From the NCBI GenBank assembly GCA_964420065.1, contig CAYQQK010000001.1, positions 38,087-102,086 on the forward strand: a stretch of 64,000 nucleotides of DNA, written 5' to 3'. Below the pieces are notes generated by a model. That model saw only the letters and a program-made list of their open reading frames with translations. It was not told where the DNA came from and ran no database searches. The position numbers and the translations under genes are program-made. This stretch comes from an uncultured Syntrophomonadaceae bacterium (GTDB lineage Bacteria > Bacillota > Dethiobacteria > DTU022). Position 1 is the stretch's first letter, and every line of letters starts with the position of its first letter. Below, piece after piece: positions 1-10,785 of this stretch.

Positions 1-1640
<1,640 letters not shown>

Positions 1641-1683
1641 GGGCGGAACGGGTTTGCTCCATGCTCCGCTCCAATCATTTTAA

Positions 1684-1748
1684 CGGCGCCGCTTCCTTCA
1701 ACCGGCGTTTTTACCAGGGTGAATGCCCTGGTTTTGATTTATACACAA
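1684..1748 (+). terminator. tandem rho-independent terminators after gyrB
   Basis: Two GC hairpins (GCGCCG...CGGCGT then CCAGGGtgaatGCCCTGG), each followed by a T-run. Confidence 0.5.
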
Positions 1749-1821
1749 ATTTTTCTTTTTAAATTGCACAGGTGTGATAGAATATGAAAAATAAGTTGGG
1801 CGGTCTACCAGAAGGAGAATA

Positions 1822-4242
1822 ATGATGGCAGAAGAAGAACGCATCATTCCGGTACATATCCACGACGAGGTTAAAAGTTCCTTCCTCGATTATGCCATGA
1901 GCGTAATCGTCAGCCGGGCTTTGCCTGACGTGCGCGACGGTCTGAAACCGGTGCACCGGCGAATTCTCTATGCCATGGCGGAAATGGGTTCCACACCCGA
2001 CAAGCCGCACCGCAAGTCGGCTCGAATCGTGGGCGAGGTCATGGGAAAATACCATCCACACGGCGACTCGGCCATTTACGACACATTGATCCGCCTGGCC
2101 CAGGATTTTGCCTCCCGTTATTGTCTTGTAGACGGGCATGGTAACTTTGGTTCACTGGACGGTGACGCCGCCGCGGCGATGCGTTATACCGAAGCCCGTC
2201 TTGCCCCGCTGGCCATGGAAATGCTCAGTGACATCCATAAAGAAACAGTTGATTTGCGTCCCAATTTCGACGAAAGCCTTCAGGAACCGGTAGTGTTGCC
2301 TTCACGGTTTCCCAATCTTTTGGTCAACGGTTCCGCCGGCATCGCCGTGGGTATGGCAACCAACATTCCTCCGCACAATCTGGGCGAACTGATCAATGCC
2401 CTGCACCACCTGATCGAGCATCCGGAGGCTCCGGTGCAAGCCCTGTTCCGGTCGATCAAGGGGCCCGATTTTCCCACAGGAGGCATCGTCGTCGGCACAT
2501 CCGGTATTGCCGCAGCTTATACAACCGGACGCGGTATCATTCAAATTCGCGGCCGGGTGCAGACCGAAAAAAAAGAAAAAGGATTTCACCGCATCGTCAT
2601 TACGGAGGTTCCATATCAACAAAACAAAGCACGTCTGGTCGAAAAAATTGCCGAACTGGTCAAGGAAAAAAGAATTGACGGCATCACCGGCCTGCGCGAT
2701 GAATCTGACCGTAAAGGGGTACGGATTGTGATCGAGTTGCGCCGTGACTACGAGCCCCAGGTAATTATTAACCAGCTCTATCGCTTCACCCCGTTACAAC
2801 AGAGTTTCGGCATCATCATGCTGGCGCTGGTTGATGGCCAGCCGAAAGTGCTGAATCTGAAAGAGATGCTGGTCCATTACCTTGAGCACCAAAAGGAGGT
2901 TATCCGGCGCCGGGCCCGCTTTGACCTGCGTCAGGCCGAGGAGCGTCTGCATATCGTGGCTGGATTGAGCCTGGCCCTTTCACGGCTGGACGAGGTGATC
3001 GCCCTGATCCGCCGTGCACCGGACGGTCCGGTGGCGCGCAACGGGCTGATGCAGTTACTGGGCTTGTCCGAAAAGCAAGCCCAGGCCATTCTGGACATAC
3101 GCCTGCAAAGGCTGACCAGGCTTGAGATCGACAAACTCAAAGCGGAACAACAGGAGCTGGAGGGGCGCATCACTTACCTGCGCCGGGTTTTGGCCGAACC
3201 GCGGTTGGTGCTGGAGCAGATTCGGGACGATCTGCGGTTGCTGAAGAATAAATATGCCGATGAACGCCGCACCCAGATCGTGGCCGATGAGAAGGAAATT
3301 ACAATTACCGACCTCATTCCGGAAGAAGACGTGGTGATCACCTTGACCGGCCGGGGGTACATCAAGCGACTCCCCCTGTCTACTTACCGCAGCCAGCGCC
3401 GTGGCGGTCGGGGAATAATCGGAATGCAGCCGCTCGAAAACGACTGCGTGGATCAGCTCCATGTTGCCTCCACCCACCATCATTTGCTTTGCTTTAGCAA
3501 CAGGGGTAAGGCTTACTTGTTGCAGGTTTACGAAATTCCCGGGGCCAGTCGCCAATCTCGCGGCACCGCCCTGGTCAACCTGCTTCCATTGGAAGGCAAG
3601 GAATTCATTACCGCCACCCTACCGGTCAGTGATTTTTTTGCAGATCTGTATCTGGTTATGGTCACGGCGGGCGGCATGATCAAAAGGACCGCCCTGGAGG
3701 CATTTCGCCACACCAGGAAAACGGGGCTGGTGGCTTTGACACTGCTCGAAGAAGACGAACTGATCGCAGTTTATCTGACCGATGGAGGGCAAGAAGTACT
3801 GATCGGGACCACCAAGGGTTTTTTTGTCCGGTTTTCTGAAAAAGAGGTACGGGCTATGGGGCGCGCCGCTCGCGGGGTAAAAGCGGTCACTCTCGGTGTA
3901 AAGCAGAGAGTAGTTGGGGCGGATCTGGCTTCGGGAGGGAAAACGGTGCTTATGGTTACCGAAAACGGTCTCGGTAAACGAGTCCTGGTTGAGGAGTTTC
4001 GACCCCAAAGCCGTGGCGGAAAGGGTTTGATCGGGATCAAGATTACGCCGCAAAGCGGGCCGTTGACGGATTTTGTCTTGCTCCGGACAGAACAGGAAGA
4101 GGCGATGATTGTTACGGCAAGGGGAGTTGTGAACCGGCAGAGGGTGGAGGAAGTTTCCTTGCAGAAACGCTATTCCCATGGAGTCACCCTGATCCGGCTG
4201 GATCAGGATGACCGGGTGGTCAACCTGATCGGGTTGGATTAG
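1822..4242 (+). CDS. gyrA: DNA gyrase subunit A
   Basis: 806 aa with the GyrA N-terminal signature (RALPDVRDGLKPVHRR, YHPHGD) and C-terminal beta-pinwheel repeats. An RBS AGGAGA lies upstream. Confidence 0.97.
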   Translation: MMAEEERIIPVHIHDEVKSSFLDYAMSVIVSRALPDVRDGLKPVHRRILYAMAEMGSTPDKPHRKSARIVGEVMGKYHPHGDSAIYDTLIRLAQDFASRYCLVDGHGNFGSLDGDAAAAMRYTEARLAPLAMEMLSDIHKETVDLRPNFDESLQEPVVLPSRFPNLLVNGSAGIAVGMATNIPPHNLGELINALHHLIEHPEAPVQALFRSIKGPDFPTGGIVVGTSGIAAAYTTGRGIIQIRGRVQTEKKEKGFHRIVITEVPYQQNKARLVEKIAELVKEKRIDGITGLRDESDRKGVRIVIELRRDYEPQVIINQLYRFTPLQQSFGIIMLALVDGQPKVLNLKEMLVHYLEHQKEVIRRRARFDLRQAEERLHIVAGLSLALSRLDEVIALIRRAPDGPVARNGLMQLLGLSEKQAQAILDIRLQRLTRLEIDKLKAEQQELEGRITYLRRVLAEPRLVLEQIRDDLRLLKNKYADERRTQIVADEKEITITDLIPEEDVVITLTGRGYIKRLPLSTYRSQRRGGRGIIGMQPLENDCVDQLHVASTHHHLLCFSNRGKAYLLQVYEIPGASRQSRGTALVNLLPLEGKEFITATLPVSDFFADLYLVMVTAGGMIKRTALEAFRHTRKTGLVALTLLEEDELIAVYLTDGGQEVLIGTTKGFFVRFSEKEVRAMGRAARGVKAVTLGVKQRVVGADLASGGKTVLMVTENGLGKRVLVEEFRPQSRGGKGLIGIKITPQSGPLTDFVLLRTEQEEAMIVTARGVVNRQRVEEVSLQKRYSHGVTLIRLDQDDRVVNLIGLD

Positions 4243-4277
4243 CATAAAACGCGGGCCGGCATAAAATAGGGGAAAGA

Positions 4278-5624
4278 ATGATGCTAATAACACGGTTTCT
4301 GGTTGTGCTTCTGGCAGCGTTATTGTTGACCGCGCCGGGGTGCGGCCGTGACGCCTCCTTTCAGCGGAAAGAGGCGTCTCCTTTAAGTTTTGACGTTGTG
4401 GTGTTGGGCGACACCTTGGGTGCGCTCGTCTGTGCGCTTGAGGCGGTCGATAAAGGGGCGGCGGTAGCCATCCTTTACGGACAACCCGGCCATGATGCCT
4501 GGTTGTTGGAACAGGGTGCGGTTGCGGCCTTTCCGGCACAGGTGAACGGAAATAGCGGTGCGGGGAAGGATATGGTCCCGGAAACGTATAGCGTCTTCGA
4601 TTTACGACGGGACCTGGGTCTAAGCGGCGGCATTTGGGGCCAGACCTGGCACTATGATTTGTTAGCTGCCGGGGCGGGTGACGCTCTGGATTGGTTTACC
4701 GCTTTGACCGGAACACCGGCCGAGCAGATCCGGCCCGGTTTTTTCCAGCTACCACATCTCTTTTACGACCGGGCTTACACCGGGCTGGCCCATGCAGCCG
4801 GTAAACACGGGGTTCGCTTTGTCGGCGAGGCTGAAGTGGATGAACTTGAGCATGCAACCGGAGACAGTTGCTTCATGTTCCGGGTGCGGTTTCCCGGTGA
4901 CCGGGTGGTCCGGATCATTGCCCGGGCGGTAGTCATGGCTCAGGGCGGCTACCTGGAAGACCGGGTGTTGATGCAGGAAGTGGCTGCGGGGGTGCGCGTC
5001 GCCCCCTGGCGCAATGCCGGCAGTGGTGAAGCGATGCGTCTAGCGATTGCTCAGAATCTCGATCTGGTCCAACTTGATCATTTTGCCTATGGGCTGGCAA
5101 TGCAAGAGGACGGGAATTGGGTCAGGGCGCGTTACCCGGAGCAGGCCCTGTTGGTTACCGGCGGGCAGGCACAACCAGTTTATGGCATCACCGAAGCCGC
5201 AATTCTGGCCGCCCTTTTACAGCAGGGGCAAGATGGTGCCGGCTGGCTCGTGGTTGCGGAGTCCCGGTTGGCGAAAACAGAAAAAGACAGCCTCAATTGG
5301 TTGCGTTACACCGGTATCGATTCTTTCCTGGAGGCGCAATTTCCGGATTCTTTGCCCCTGTCCAGGCCGTTGTTTGATCGCCCCTGGGATAACTATTACG
5401 CAATTCCTGTCGCCGCCCTGGCCGAGTATTGTCTTGGGGGTATCGCTGTGAATGAGCAAGGTCAAGTTTTGCGGGCCGGGCATGCGGTGACCGGAATGTT
5501 CGCCCTTGGGGAAGCTGCCGGCGGGTTGCACGGCAAGGCACTGCTGCCGGGAGCTGCTTTGAGTGAAGTCCTCGTGTGGGGGCGCCGGATTGGTGATGGG
5601 GCGGCTCGGCTGGCCCAAAAGTAA
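4278..5624 (+). CDS. FAD-dependent oxidoreductase-like lipoprotein (fumarate reductase/succinate dehydrogenase flavoprotein superfamily); the dinucleotide-binding motif is degenerate
   Basis: N-terminal signal peptide with a Cys lipobox (LLLTAPGC). The C-terminus (GGIAVNEQGQVLRAGHAVTGMFALGEAAGGLHGKALLPG) is typical of FRD/SDH-type flavoproteins. N-terminal beta-alpha-beta reads VVVLGDTLGAL, i.e. GxxxGA rather than GxGxxG. Confidence 0.55.
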   Translation: MMLITRFLVVLLAALLLTAPGCGRDASFQRKEASPLSFDVVVLGDTLGALVCALEAVDKGAAVAILYGQPGHDAWLLEQGAVAAFPAQVNGNSGAGKDMVPETYSVFDLRRDLGLSGGIWGQTWHYDLLAAGAGDALDWFTALTGTPAEQIRPGFFQLPHLFYDRAYTGLAHAAGKHGVRFVGEAEVDELEHATGDSCFMFRVRFPGDRVVRIIARAVVMAQGGYLEDRVLMQEVAAGVRVAPWRNAGSGEAMRLAIAQNLDLVQLDHFAYGLAMQEDGNWVRARYPEQALLVTGGQAQPVYGITEAAILAALLQQGQDGAGWLVVAESRLAKTEKDSLNWLRYTGIDSFLEAQFPDSLPLSRPLFDRPWDNYYAIPVAALAEYCLGGIAVNEQGQVLRAGHAVTGMFALGEAAGGLHGKALLPGAALSEVLVWGRRIGDGAARLAQK

Positions 5625-5659
5625 ACGTTGCGGGATGCGCCGGAAAGGGGTGAGCGAAG

Positions 5660-7189
5660 ATGGCCCGGTCTCCTGTTCGTATAACCGATACTACCCTGCG
5701 TGATGCGCACCAGTCTTTGATGGCAACTCGCATGCGCACGAATGATATGCTCCCCGTGGCCGGGCTAATGGATCGGGTCGGCTATTATTCGTTGGAGGTT
5801 TGGGGTGGAGCTACATTTGATGCCAGTATGCGTTTCCTCAACGAAGACCCGTGGCACCGGTTACGGGTTCTGCGTGACGCTTTCCGAAAAACGCGTCTGC
5901 AGATGCTTCTGCGGGGACAGAACATCCTCGGTTACCACCACTACCCTGACGATGTGGTGGAGGAATTCATCAAACGGGTTGTGGCCAACGGGATCGATAT
6001 TATCCGTATTTTTGACGCTTTGAACGATTGGCGCAACATGGAGAAAGCCATGCTTGGTGCCAAAAAGGAAGGGGCCGAAGTCCAGGGCACGATCAGCTAT
6101 ACTGTCAGCCCCCTGCATAATGTTGACCATTTTGTGGAACTGGGGCGGATCATCCGGGAAATGGGGGCCGATACCTTATGTATCAAGGATATGGCGGGCC
6201 TTATCGCGCCCTATGACGCTTTCAGGCTGGTAGCGGAATTAAAGGGAAAGGTTGGCCTGCCCTTACAATTGCATTGTCACTCAACGAGCGGTATGGCTTC
6301 AATGGCCTATCTCAAGGCCATTGAAGCGGGGGTGGATGCGGTCGATACCGCCTGTGCCGCCCTTTCGCAAGGAACCAGCCAACCATCCACGGATAGTCTG
6401 GTCGCCGCCCTGGCCGGGACAAAATATGCCACCGGTTTGGATTTGAGCCTGCTTAGTCAGATCAGTGCTCACTTCAAGGAAGTGCGTTCCAGGTACAATT
6501 TGCTTGCAGAAGTCACGGTTGGAGTGGATACCGACGTCCTTAATTACCAGATTCCGGGAGGGATGATCTCCAATCTGGCCTCCCAACTTGCAGAGCAGCA
6601 CGCCTCTCACTTGTTGCCCCGGGTGTTGGAAGAGGTACCCCGGGTCAGGGCCGATCTCGGTTATCCGCCGCTGGTTACCCCCTCGAGCCAGATCGTCGGT
6701 GCTCAGGCCGTGCTTAACGTGCTTCTGGGGGAGCGTTACAAAATGGTTTCCACCGAGTTCAAAAATTATCTGCGCGGGCTTTATGGCCGTCCTCCCGGAA
6801 GGATATCCCGTCGTTTACGCGAACAGATTCTCAAGCATGAGAAACCGGTGGGGGGCCGCCCGGCGGACCTGCTGCCGCCGCAACTGGAAAAAGCACGGCG
6901 GGAACTGGGGGATCTGGCTGTGCAGGGAGAGGATGTTTTGACTTATATTCTATTTCCCAACGTCGCCCGGGAATTCTTTCTACGGCGGAATGAACAGAAA
7001 AAGCCCTCCGTCACGACTAAAAACCCGGGGGGGGCTGGTCACAGTCAAAACGAGTCAACCGTGAAGGCAGCCCCTGCCTGCAACCCCGGTTGTCGCACCG
7101 CTGTTTCCAAAGAGTCCCCGTTGCTTTCACGACTCGATACGGTAGATCGCAATATTCTTTTGGAGGATGACGGGGTTTACCCGGTGTGA
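5660..7189 (+). CDS. carboxyltransferase, oxaloacetate decarboxylase alpha / pyruvate carboxylase subunit B / transcarboxylase 5S type, with no C-terminal biotinyl domain
   Basis: TIM-barrel carboxyltransferase signature (ITDTTLRDAHQSL, HCHSTSGMA) plus the conserved C-terminal domain. It ends after a low-complexity linker with no AMKM motif. Confidence 0.8.
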   Translation: MARSPVRITDTTLRDAHQSLMATRMRTNDMLPVAGLMDRVGYYSLEVWGGATFDASMRFLNEDPWHRLRVLRDAFRKTRLQMLLRGQNILGYHHYPDDVVEEFIKRVVANGIDIIRIFDALNDWRNMEKAMLGAKKEGAEVQGTISYTVSPLHNVDHFVELGRIIREMGADTLCIKDMAGLIAPYDAFRLVAELKGKVGLPLQLHCHSTSGMASMAYLKAIEAGVDAVDTACAALSQGTSQPSTDSLVAALAGTKYATGLDLSLLSQISAHFKEVRSRYNLLAEVTVGVDTDVLNYQIPGGMISNLASQLAEQHASHLLPRVLEEVPRVRADLGYPPLVTPSSQIVGAQAVLNVLLGERYKMVSTEFKNYLRGLYGRPPGRISRRLREQILKHEKPVGGRPADLLPPQLEKARRELGDLAVQGEDVLTYILFPNVAREFFLRRNEQKKPSVTTKNPGGAGHSQNESTVKAAPACNPGCRTAVSKESPLLSRLDTVDRNILLEDDGVYPV

Positions 7190-7565
7190 TACGGTATGCA
7201 AAGTGGTTTACGACTACTGCGGCTGTGTTTACTGTCATTGCCCCAGGACGGGGGTAAGAAGGATGCCCTACGGCGGCTTTGAGCAGGAGCGGAAGACCTT
7301 GAAATATTGTTGCTCTGCGCAGCGTTACGGGGTAAAATGTGCGCTAAAGCTGAGTTGTCCGGTGGGCAAAGTGGTGCGCATCGCGTTAAAAGAAGACCGG
7401 CGGGTGTTTACCCCGGTGGACCGCAGCAGCTACAAGTGGAAATCGCTGTACAAAATGCGGACTCTGTGTAGCGGGTTAATAGCAGGTTTGATATATCGTT
7501 TTGAGAAGCACTACATGCGGGGACTGGCAAATTGCAAGTGCGCTTGGGATTGGCTTTTTGCGTGA
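7167..7565 (+). pseudogene. cysteine/aromatic-rich ORF whose C-terminal ~75 aa align to a biotinyl/lipoyl-attachment domain (possible 1.3S-like relic or frameshifted C-terminus of the upstream carboxyltransferase)
   Basis: CPVGKVVRIALKEDRRV...SLYKMRTLCSGLIAGLI lines up with OadA APLAGTIWKVLASEGQTV...LEAMKMETEIRAAQAGTV. The K-M is kept, but AMKM has become LYKM. The frame differs from the carboxyltransferase, and no SD is convincing. Confidence 0.25.
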
Positions 7566-7825
7566 TATTGGCCATGGCGGCAAGCGAGATCATAGAAAAT
7601 AAATTGGAACAGAGAAAATAATATCCCAACATCAAAGTCGGATTCAAGGCAGAAGTATGCCCGAAATCAGTTTTAATTCAGCCAAAGCAGCCAATTTGCA
7701 GTCGATAGCGAAACAACCGGCGAACTTTGCAGGTAAAATGTCTCTGCCTGAGCGGATTGCCGGCTTTCTATTACGGTTTTTATTGAAAAAATGGGCACAA
7801 CGCAAATGGCTCTGGCATGTTTTAT

Positions 7826-7855
7826 GTTGACACTGTCGGAGGGTGCGGGGTATAA
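7826..7855 (+). promoter_or_regulatory. sigma-A-type promoter (TTGACA-N18-TATAAT) for the ilv-leu leader
   Basis: ttgacactgtcggagggtgcggggtataat lies directly upstream of the T-box leader. Confidence 0.55.
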
Positions 7856-7861
7856 TATTCT

Positions 7862-8118
7862 ACAATATTTTTTAAAAGCCATGACGGGTAGGAGTAGGCC
7901 GGTACCTTTCCAAGAGAGCCGGGTATGCTGCGAACCGGTAAGGGAAACGGCCCGAAAGTCGATCCCGAGCCGGCCCGCTGAAAGCAAAGTAGGCGGGCCC
8001 GGGTAGCGCCGTGATCCGTATCGAGCGTCCGCCAGTCAGCTTGTAGTGGTGCCTGTCGGAAAAAGGGTGGTACCGCGGAGGAAATCCCTTCGCCCCTTTG
8101 GGTGGAGGGTTTTTTTTA
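7862..8118 (+). promoter_or_regulatory. T-box riboswitch leader controlling the ilvE-ilvD-ilvB-ilvN-leuC-leuD operon
   Basis: Stem-I AGAGA loop (ccaagagagccgg), a conserved T-box core AGGGTGGTACCGCGG at 8064..8078, and a GC-rich terminator ending in U8 (8111..8118) just before the ilvE RBS. Confidence 0.8.
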
Positions 8119-8159
8119 TGAGTTTTACTTTAATCCAATGTTTGACGGGGGGAGAGGCG

Positions 8160-9041
8160 ATGAAAGAAACAAGGTTGATCTTCATGAACGGAACGCTGGT
8201 ACCGGCGGCGGCGGCGGTCATTTCCGTGTTTGACCATGGCTATCTCTACGGCGACGGGGTTTTTGAAGGGATTCGGGCTTATAATGGGCGAATTTTTCGC
8301 CTGGCGGAACATGTGCGCCGGCTCTTTGAATCGGCCCATCATATTATGTTGCCGATCCCGTTTGACCACGCCGGGATGGAGGAAGCGATCATGAACACGG
8401 TCCGGGCCAACGGGCTGCGGGATGCTTATATCCGGGTGGTGGTTTCCCGGGGGGTGGGAGATCTCGGTCTTGATCCCCGTAAATGCCGGGAAAGCCAGGT
8501 GGTCATTATCGCCGACAGCATCAATCTTTATCCTGCCGAATTGTACCGTCGCGGGTTACAGGTGATCACCGTACCCACGCGGCGTAATATCGCCGACGCC
8601 CTTGATCCAAAAATCAAATCCCTGAACTATCTGAATAACATTCTTGTCAAAATAGAGGCTAACCGGGCCGGGGTGATGGAAGCGCTTATGCTTAGCCAAA
8701 ACGGTTATATCACTGAAGGGTCGGGAGACAACATTTTTATTTATCGCAAGGGGATACTCCTGACCACCCCATCGTATCTGGGTATTCTGGAAGGGGTTAC
8801 CCGTGAAGCGGTCATGGAACTGGCCGGTGATGAAGCGATTCCGGTCCGGGAGGAACCTTTTACCCGTCACGACCTTTACGTATGTGATGAATGCTTTCTG
8901 ACCGGGACGGCGGCAGAGGTAGTTCCGGTTGTCGAGGTGGACGGGCGAATGATCGGGAACGGGACCCCCGGGCCCGTAACCCTGCGCTTGATGGAACTGT
9001 TTCGGCATCTGGTTCAAAACGAGGGGACGATGGTGGAGTAA
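8160..9041 (+). CDS. ilvE: branched-chain amino acid aminotransferase (class IV PLP fold)
   Basis: Class IV aminotransferase motifs (GDGVFEGIRAYNG, KSLNYLNNILVKIEA, LTGTAAEVVPVVEVDG). The start MKETRLIF follows the T-box terminator. The listed ORF start at 8046 would lie inside the leader. Confidence 0.85.
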   Translation: MKETRLIFMNGTLVPAAAAVISVFDHGYLYGDGVFEGIRAYNGRIFRLAEHVRRLFESAHHIMLPIPFDHAGMEEAIMNTVRANGLRDAYIRVVVSRGVGDLGLDPRKCRESQVVIIADSINLYPAELYRRGLQVITVPTRRNIADALDPKIKSLNYLNNILVKIEANRAGVMEALMLSQNGYITEGSGDNIFIYRKGILLTTPSYLGILEGVTREAVMELAGDEAIPVREEPFTRHDLYVCDECFLTGTAAEVVPVVEVDGRMIGNGTPGPVTLRLMELFRHLVQNEGTMVE

Positions 9042-9111
9042 AGCCGGGCTATGATAAAAAGATCCGTTCCGGTTTTCCACCCGACAATACACGGCAGGAG
9101 GTTGATCCGGT

Positions 9112-10785
9112 ATGCGCAGTGAACAGGTTCTGAAAGGGTTTGAAAGAGCGCCCCATCGGGCTCTTTTCATGGCTATGGGATACCATCCCGAGGAATTAAA
9201 ACGCCCCCTGGTGGGAGTGGTGAATTCCTCCAATGAAATCGTACCCGGCCATATCCACCTGGCCCGGATCAGTGAAGCGGTGAAAGCTGGGGTGCGCCTG
9301 GCGGGCGGAGTACCGGTTGAATTTTCCACTATTGCCGTCTGTGACGGGATTGCCATGGGTCACCGCGGGATGAATTATTCCCTGGCCAGCCGGGAAATCA
9401 TTGCGGACAGCATCGAGGCCATGGTCGAGGCCCATTGTTTCGACGCTCTGGCTTTTGTTACCAACTGCGACAAGGTAGTCCCGGGGATGCTTATGGCCGC
9501 GGCCCGGATGAATCTGCCCGCAGTCATGGTCAGCGGGGGACCGATGCTGGCCGGAGAGTACCGCGGCCGTCGTCTCGATTTAAATACTATTTTTGAAGGG
9601 GTAGGTGCGGTCAAGGCCGGTCGCCTTTCCGAAGAAGAACTGGAGGAGATGGCTCTGCGAGCCTGCCCGGGTTGCGGCTCCTGTGCCGGCATGTTTACCG
9701 CCAATTCCATGAATTGCATCACCGAAGCCCTTGGTCTGGCCCTGCCCGGTAACGGGACCATCCCCGCCATTGACGCCGGTCGCCTGCGCTTGGCCAAGGA
9801 AGCCGGGATGAAGGTGATGGAGATGTTCGAACAAGGGCTTACCGCGAGACGGATATTGACCGGGGAGGCCCTGATGAACGCCCTTACCGTCGATATGGCT
9901 CTCGGGTGTTCCACCAACACGCTCCTTCATCTTCCGGCGATTGCCCATGAAATGGGGATGACCCTGGATTTAACGGAGATCGATGTCCTGAGCCGGAAGA
10001 CGCCGCAGTTGTGTCTGCTCAGCCCTGCCGGTGAAGACCGTGTTGAGGACCTGAACCGGGTCGGCGGGATCCCGGCCGTGATGAAAGAACTGGCCGGGGG
10101 CGGTTTGCTCAATCTTGATCCGCTTACCGTTACCGGTCGGACCGTGGCCCAAAACCTGAAATATGCCGATGCCGTTGACGGTCGCGTGATCCGCTCGCTC
10201 GCAGATCCGTACCGCGGTGAAGGAGGGCTGGCCGTTTTGTTCGGCAATCTTGCCCCCGGTGGGGCGGTGGTCAAACAGGGGGCGGTCGCCGAAGAGATGA
10301 TGGTCAATCGTGGTCCGGCCCGTGTTTTCGATAGTGAAGATAAAGCCCAGACGGCGATCCTGGACGGGGCGATCCGGCCCGGCGATATCGTGGTTATCCG
10401 TTACGAGGGGCCGCGCGGCGGTCCCGGGATGAGGGAAATGCTTGCCCCGACGTCGGCCCTGGCCGGGATGGGGTTGGACAGGGCGGTGGCTTTGATTACC
10501 GACGGACGTTTTTCCGGAGCCAGCCGGGGTGCGGCGATCGGGCATATCTCTCCGGAGGCGGCTGCCGGGGGCCCCCTGGCCCTGGTACAGGAAGGGGATT
10601 TGATCTGTATCGATATTCCGGAACGCCGGCTCGATCTACAGGTTTCCGAATCGGAACTGTCCCGACGCCGGGAGAATCTTGTTCCTTTTGTGCCCAGAAT
10701 AACCCGGGGTTATCTTGGTCGCTATGCCCGCCTGGTTGCATCGGCCAATCGTGGTGCGATCCTGGAAGCGGGGGAGGAAGCGTGA
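9112..10785 (+). CDS. ilvD: dihydroxy-acid dehydratase
   Basis: 557 aa with the IlvD/EDD family signature ([27 protein letters not shown]). Confidence 0.95.
   Translation: MRSEQVLKGFERAPHRALFMAMGYHPEELKRPLVGVVNSSNEIVPGHIHLARISEAVKAGVRLAGGVPVEFSTIAVCDGIAMGHRGMNYSLASREIIADSIEAMVEAHCFDALAFVTNCDKVVPGMLMAAARMNLPAVMVSGGPMLAGEYRGRRLDLNTIFEGVGAVKAGRLSEEELEEMALRACPGCGSCAGMFTANSMNCITEALGLALPGNGTIPAIDAGRLRLAKEAGMKVMEMFEQGLTARRILTGEALMNALTVDMALGCSTNTLLHLPAIAHEMGMTLDLTEIDVLSRKTPQLCLLSPAGEDRVEDLNRVGGIPAVMKELAGGGLLNLDPLTVTGRTVAQNLKYADAVDGRVIRSLADPYRGEGGLAVLFGNLAPGGAVVKQGAVAEEMMVNRGPARVFDSEDKAQTAILDGAIRPGDIVVIRYEGPRGGPGMREMLAPTSALAGMGLDRAVALITDGRFSGASRGAAIGHISPEAAAGGPLALVQEGDLICIDIPERRLDLQVSESELSRRRENLVPFVPRITRGYLGRYARLVASANRGAILEAGEEA

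Noticed and set aside
3619-4539. 306-aa minus-strand ORF antisense to gyrA and the flavoprotein gene (similar long antisense ORFs at 8556..9356, 9970..10545, 10722..11558, 17554..18330, 37944..38733)
   Set aside because: They are Arg/Pro/Gly-rich with low complexity, fully embedded in well-supported sense genes, and show no domain-like motifs. These are typical spurious ORFs of a high-GC genome.
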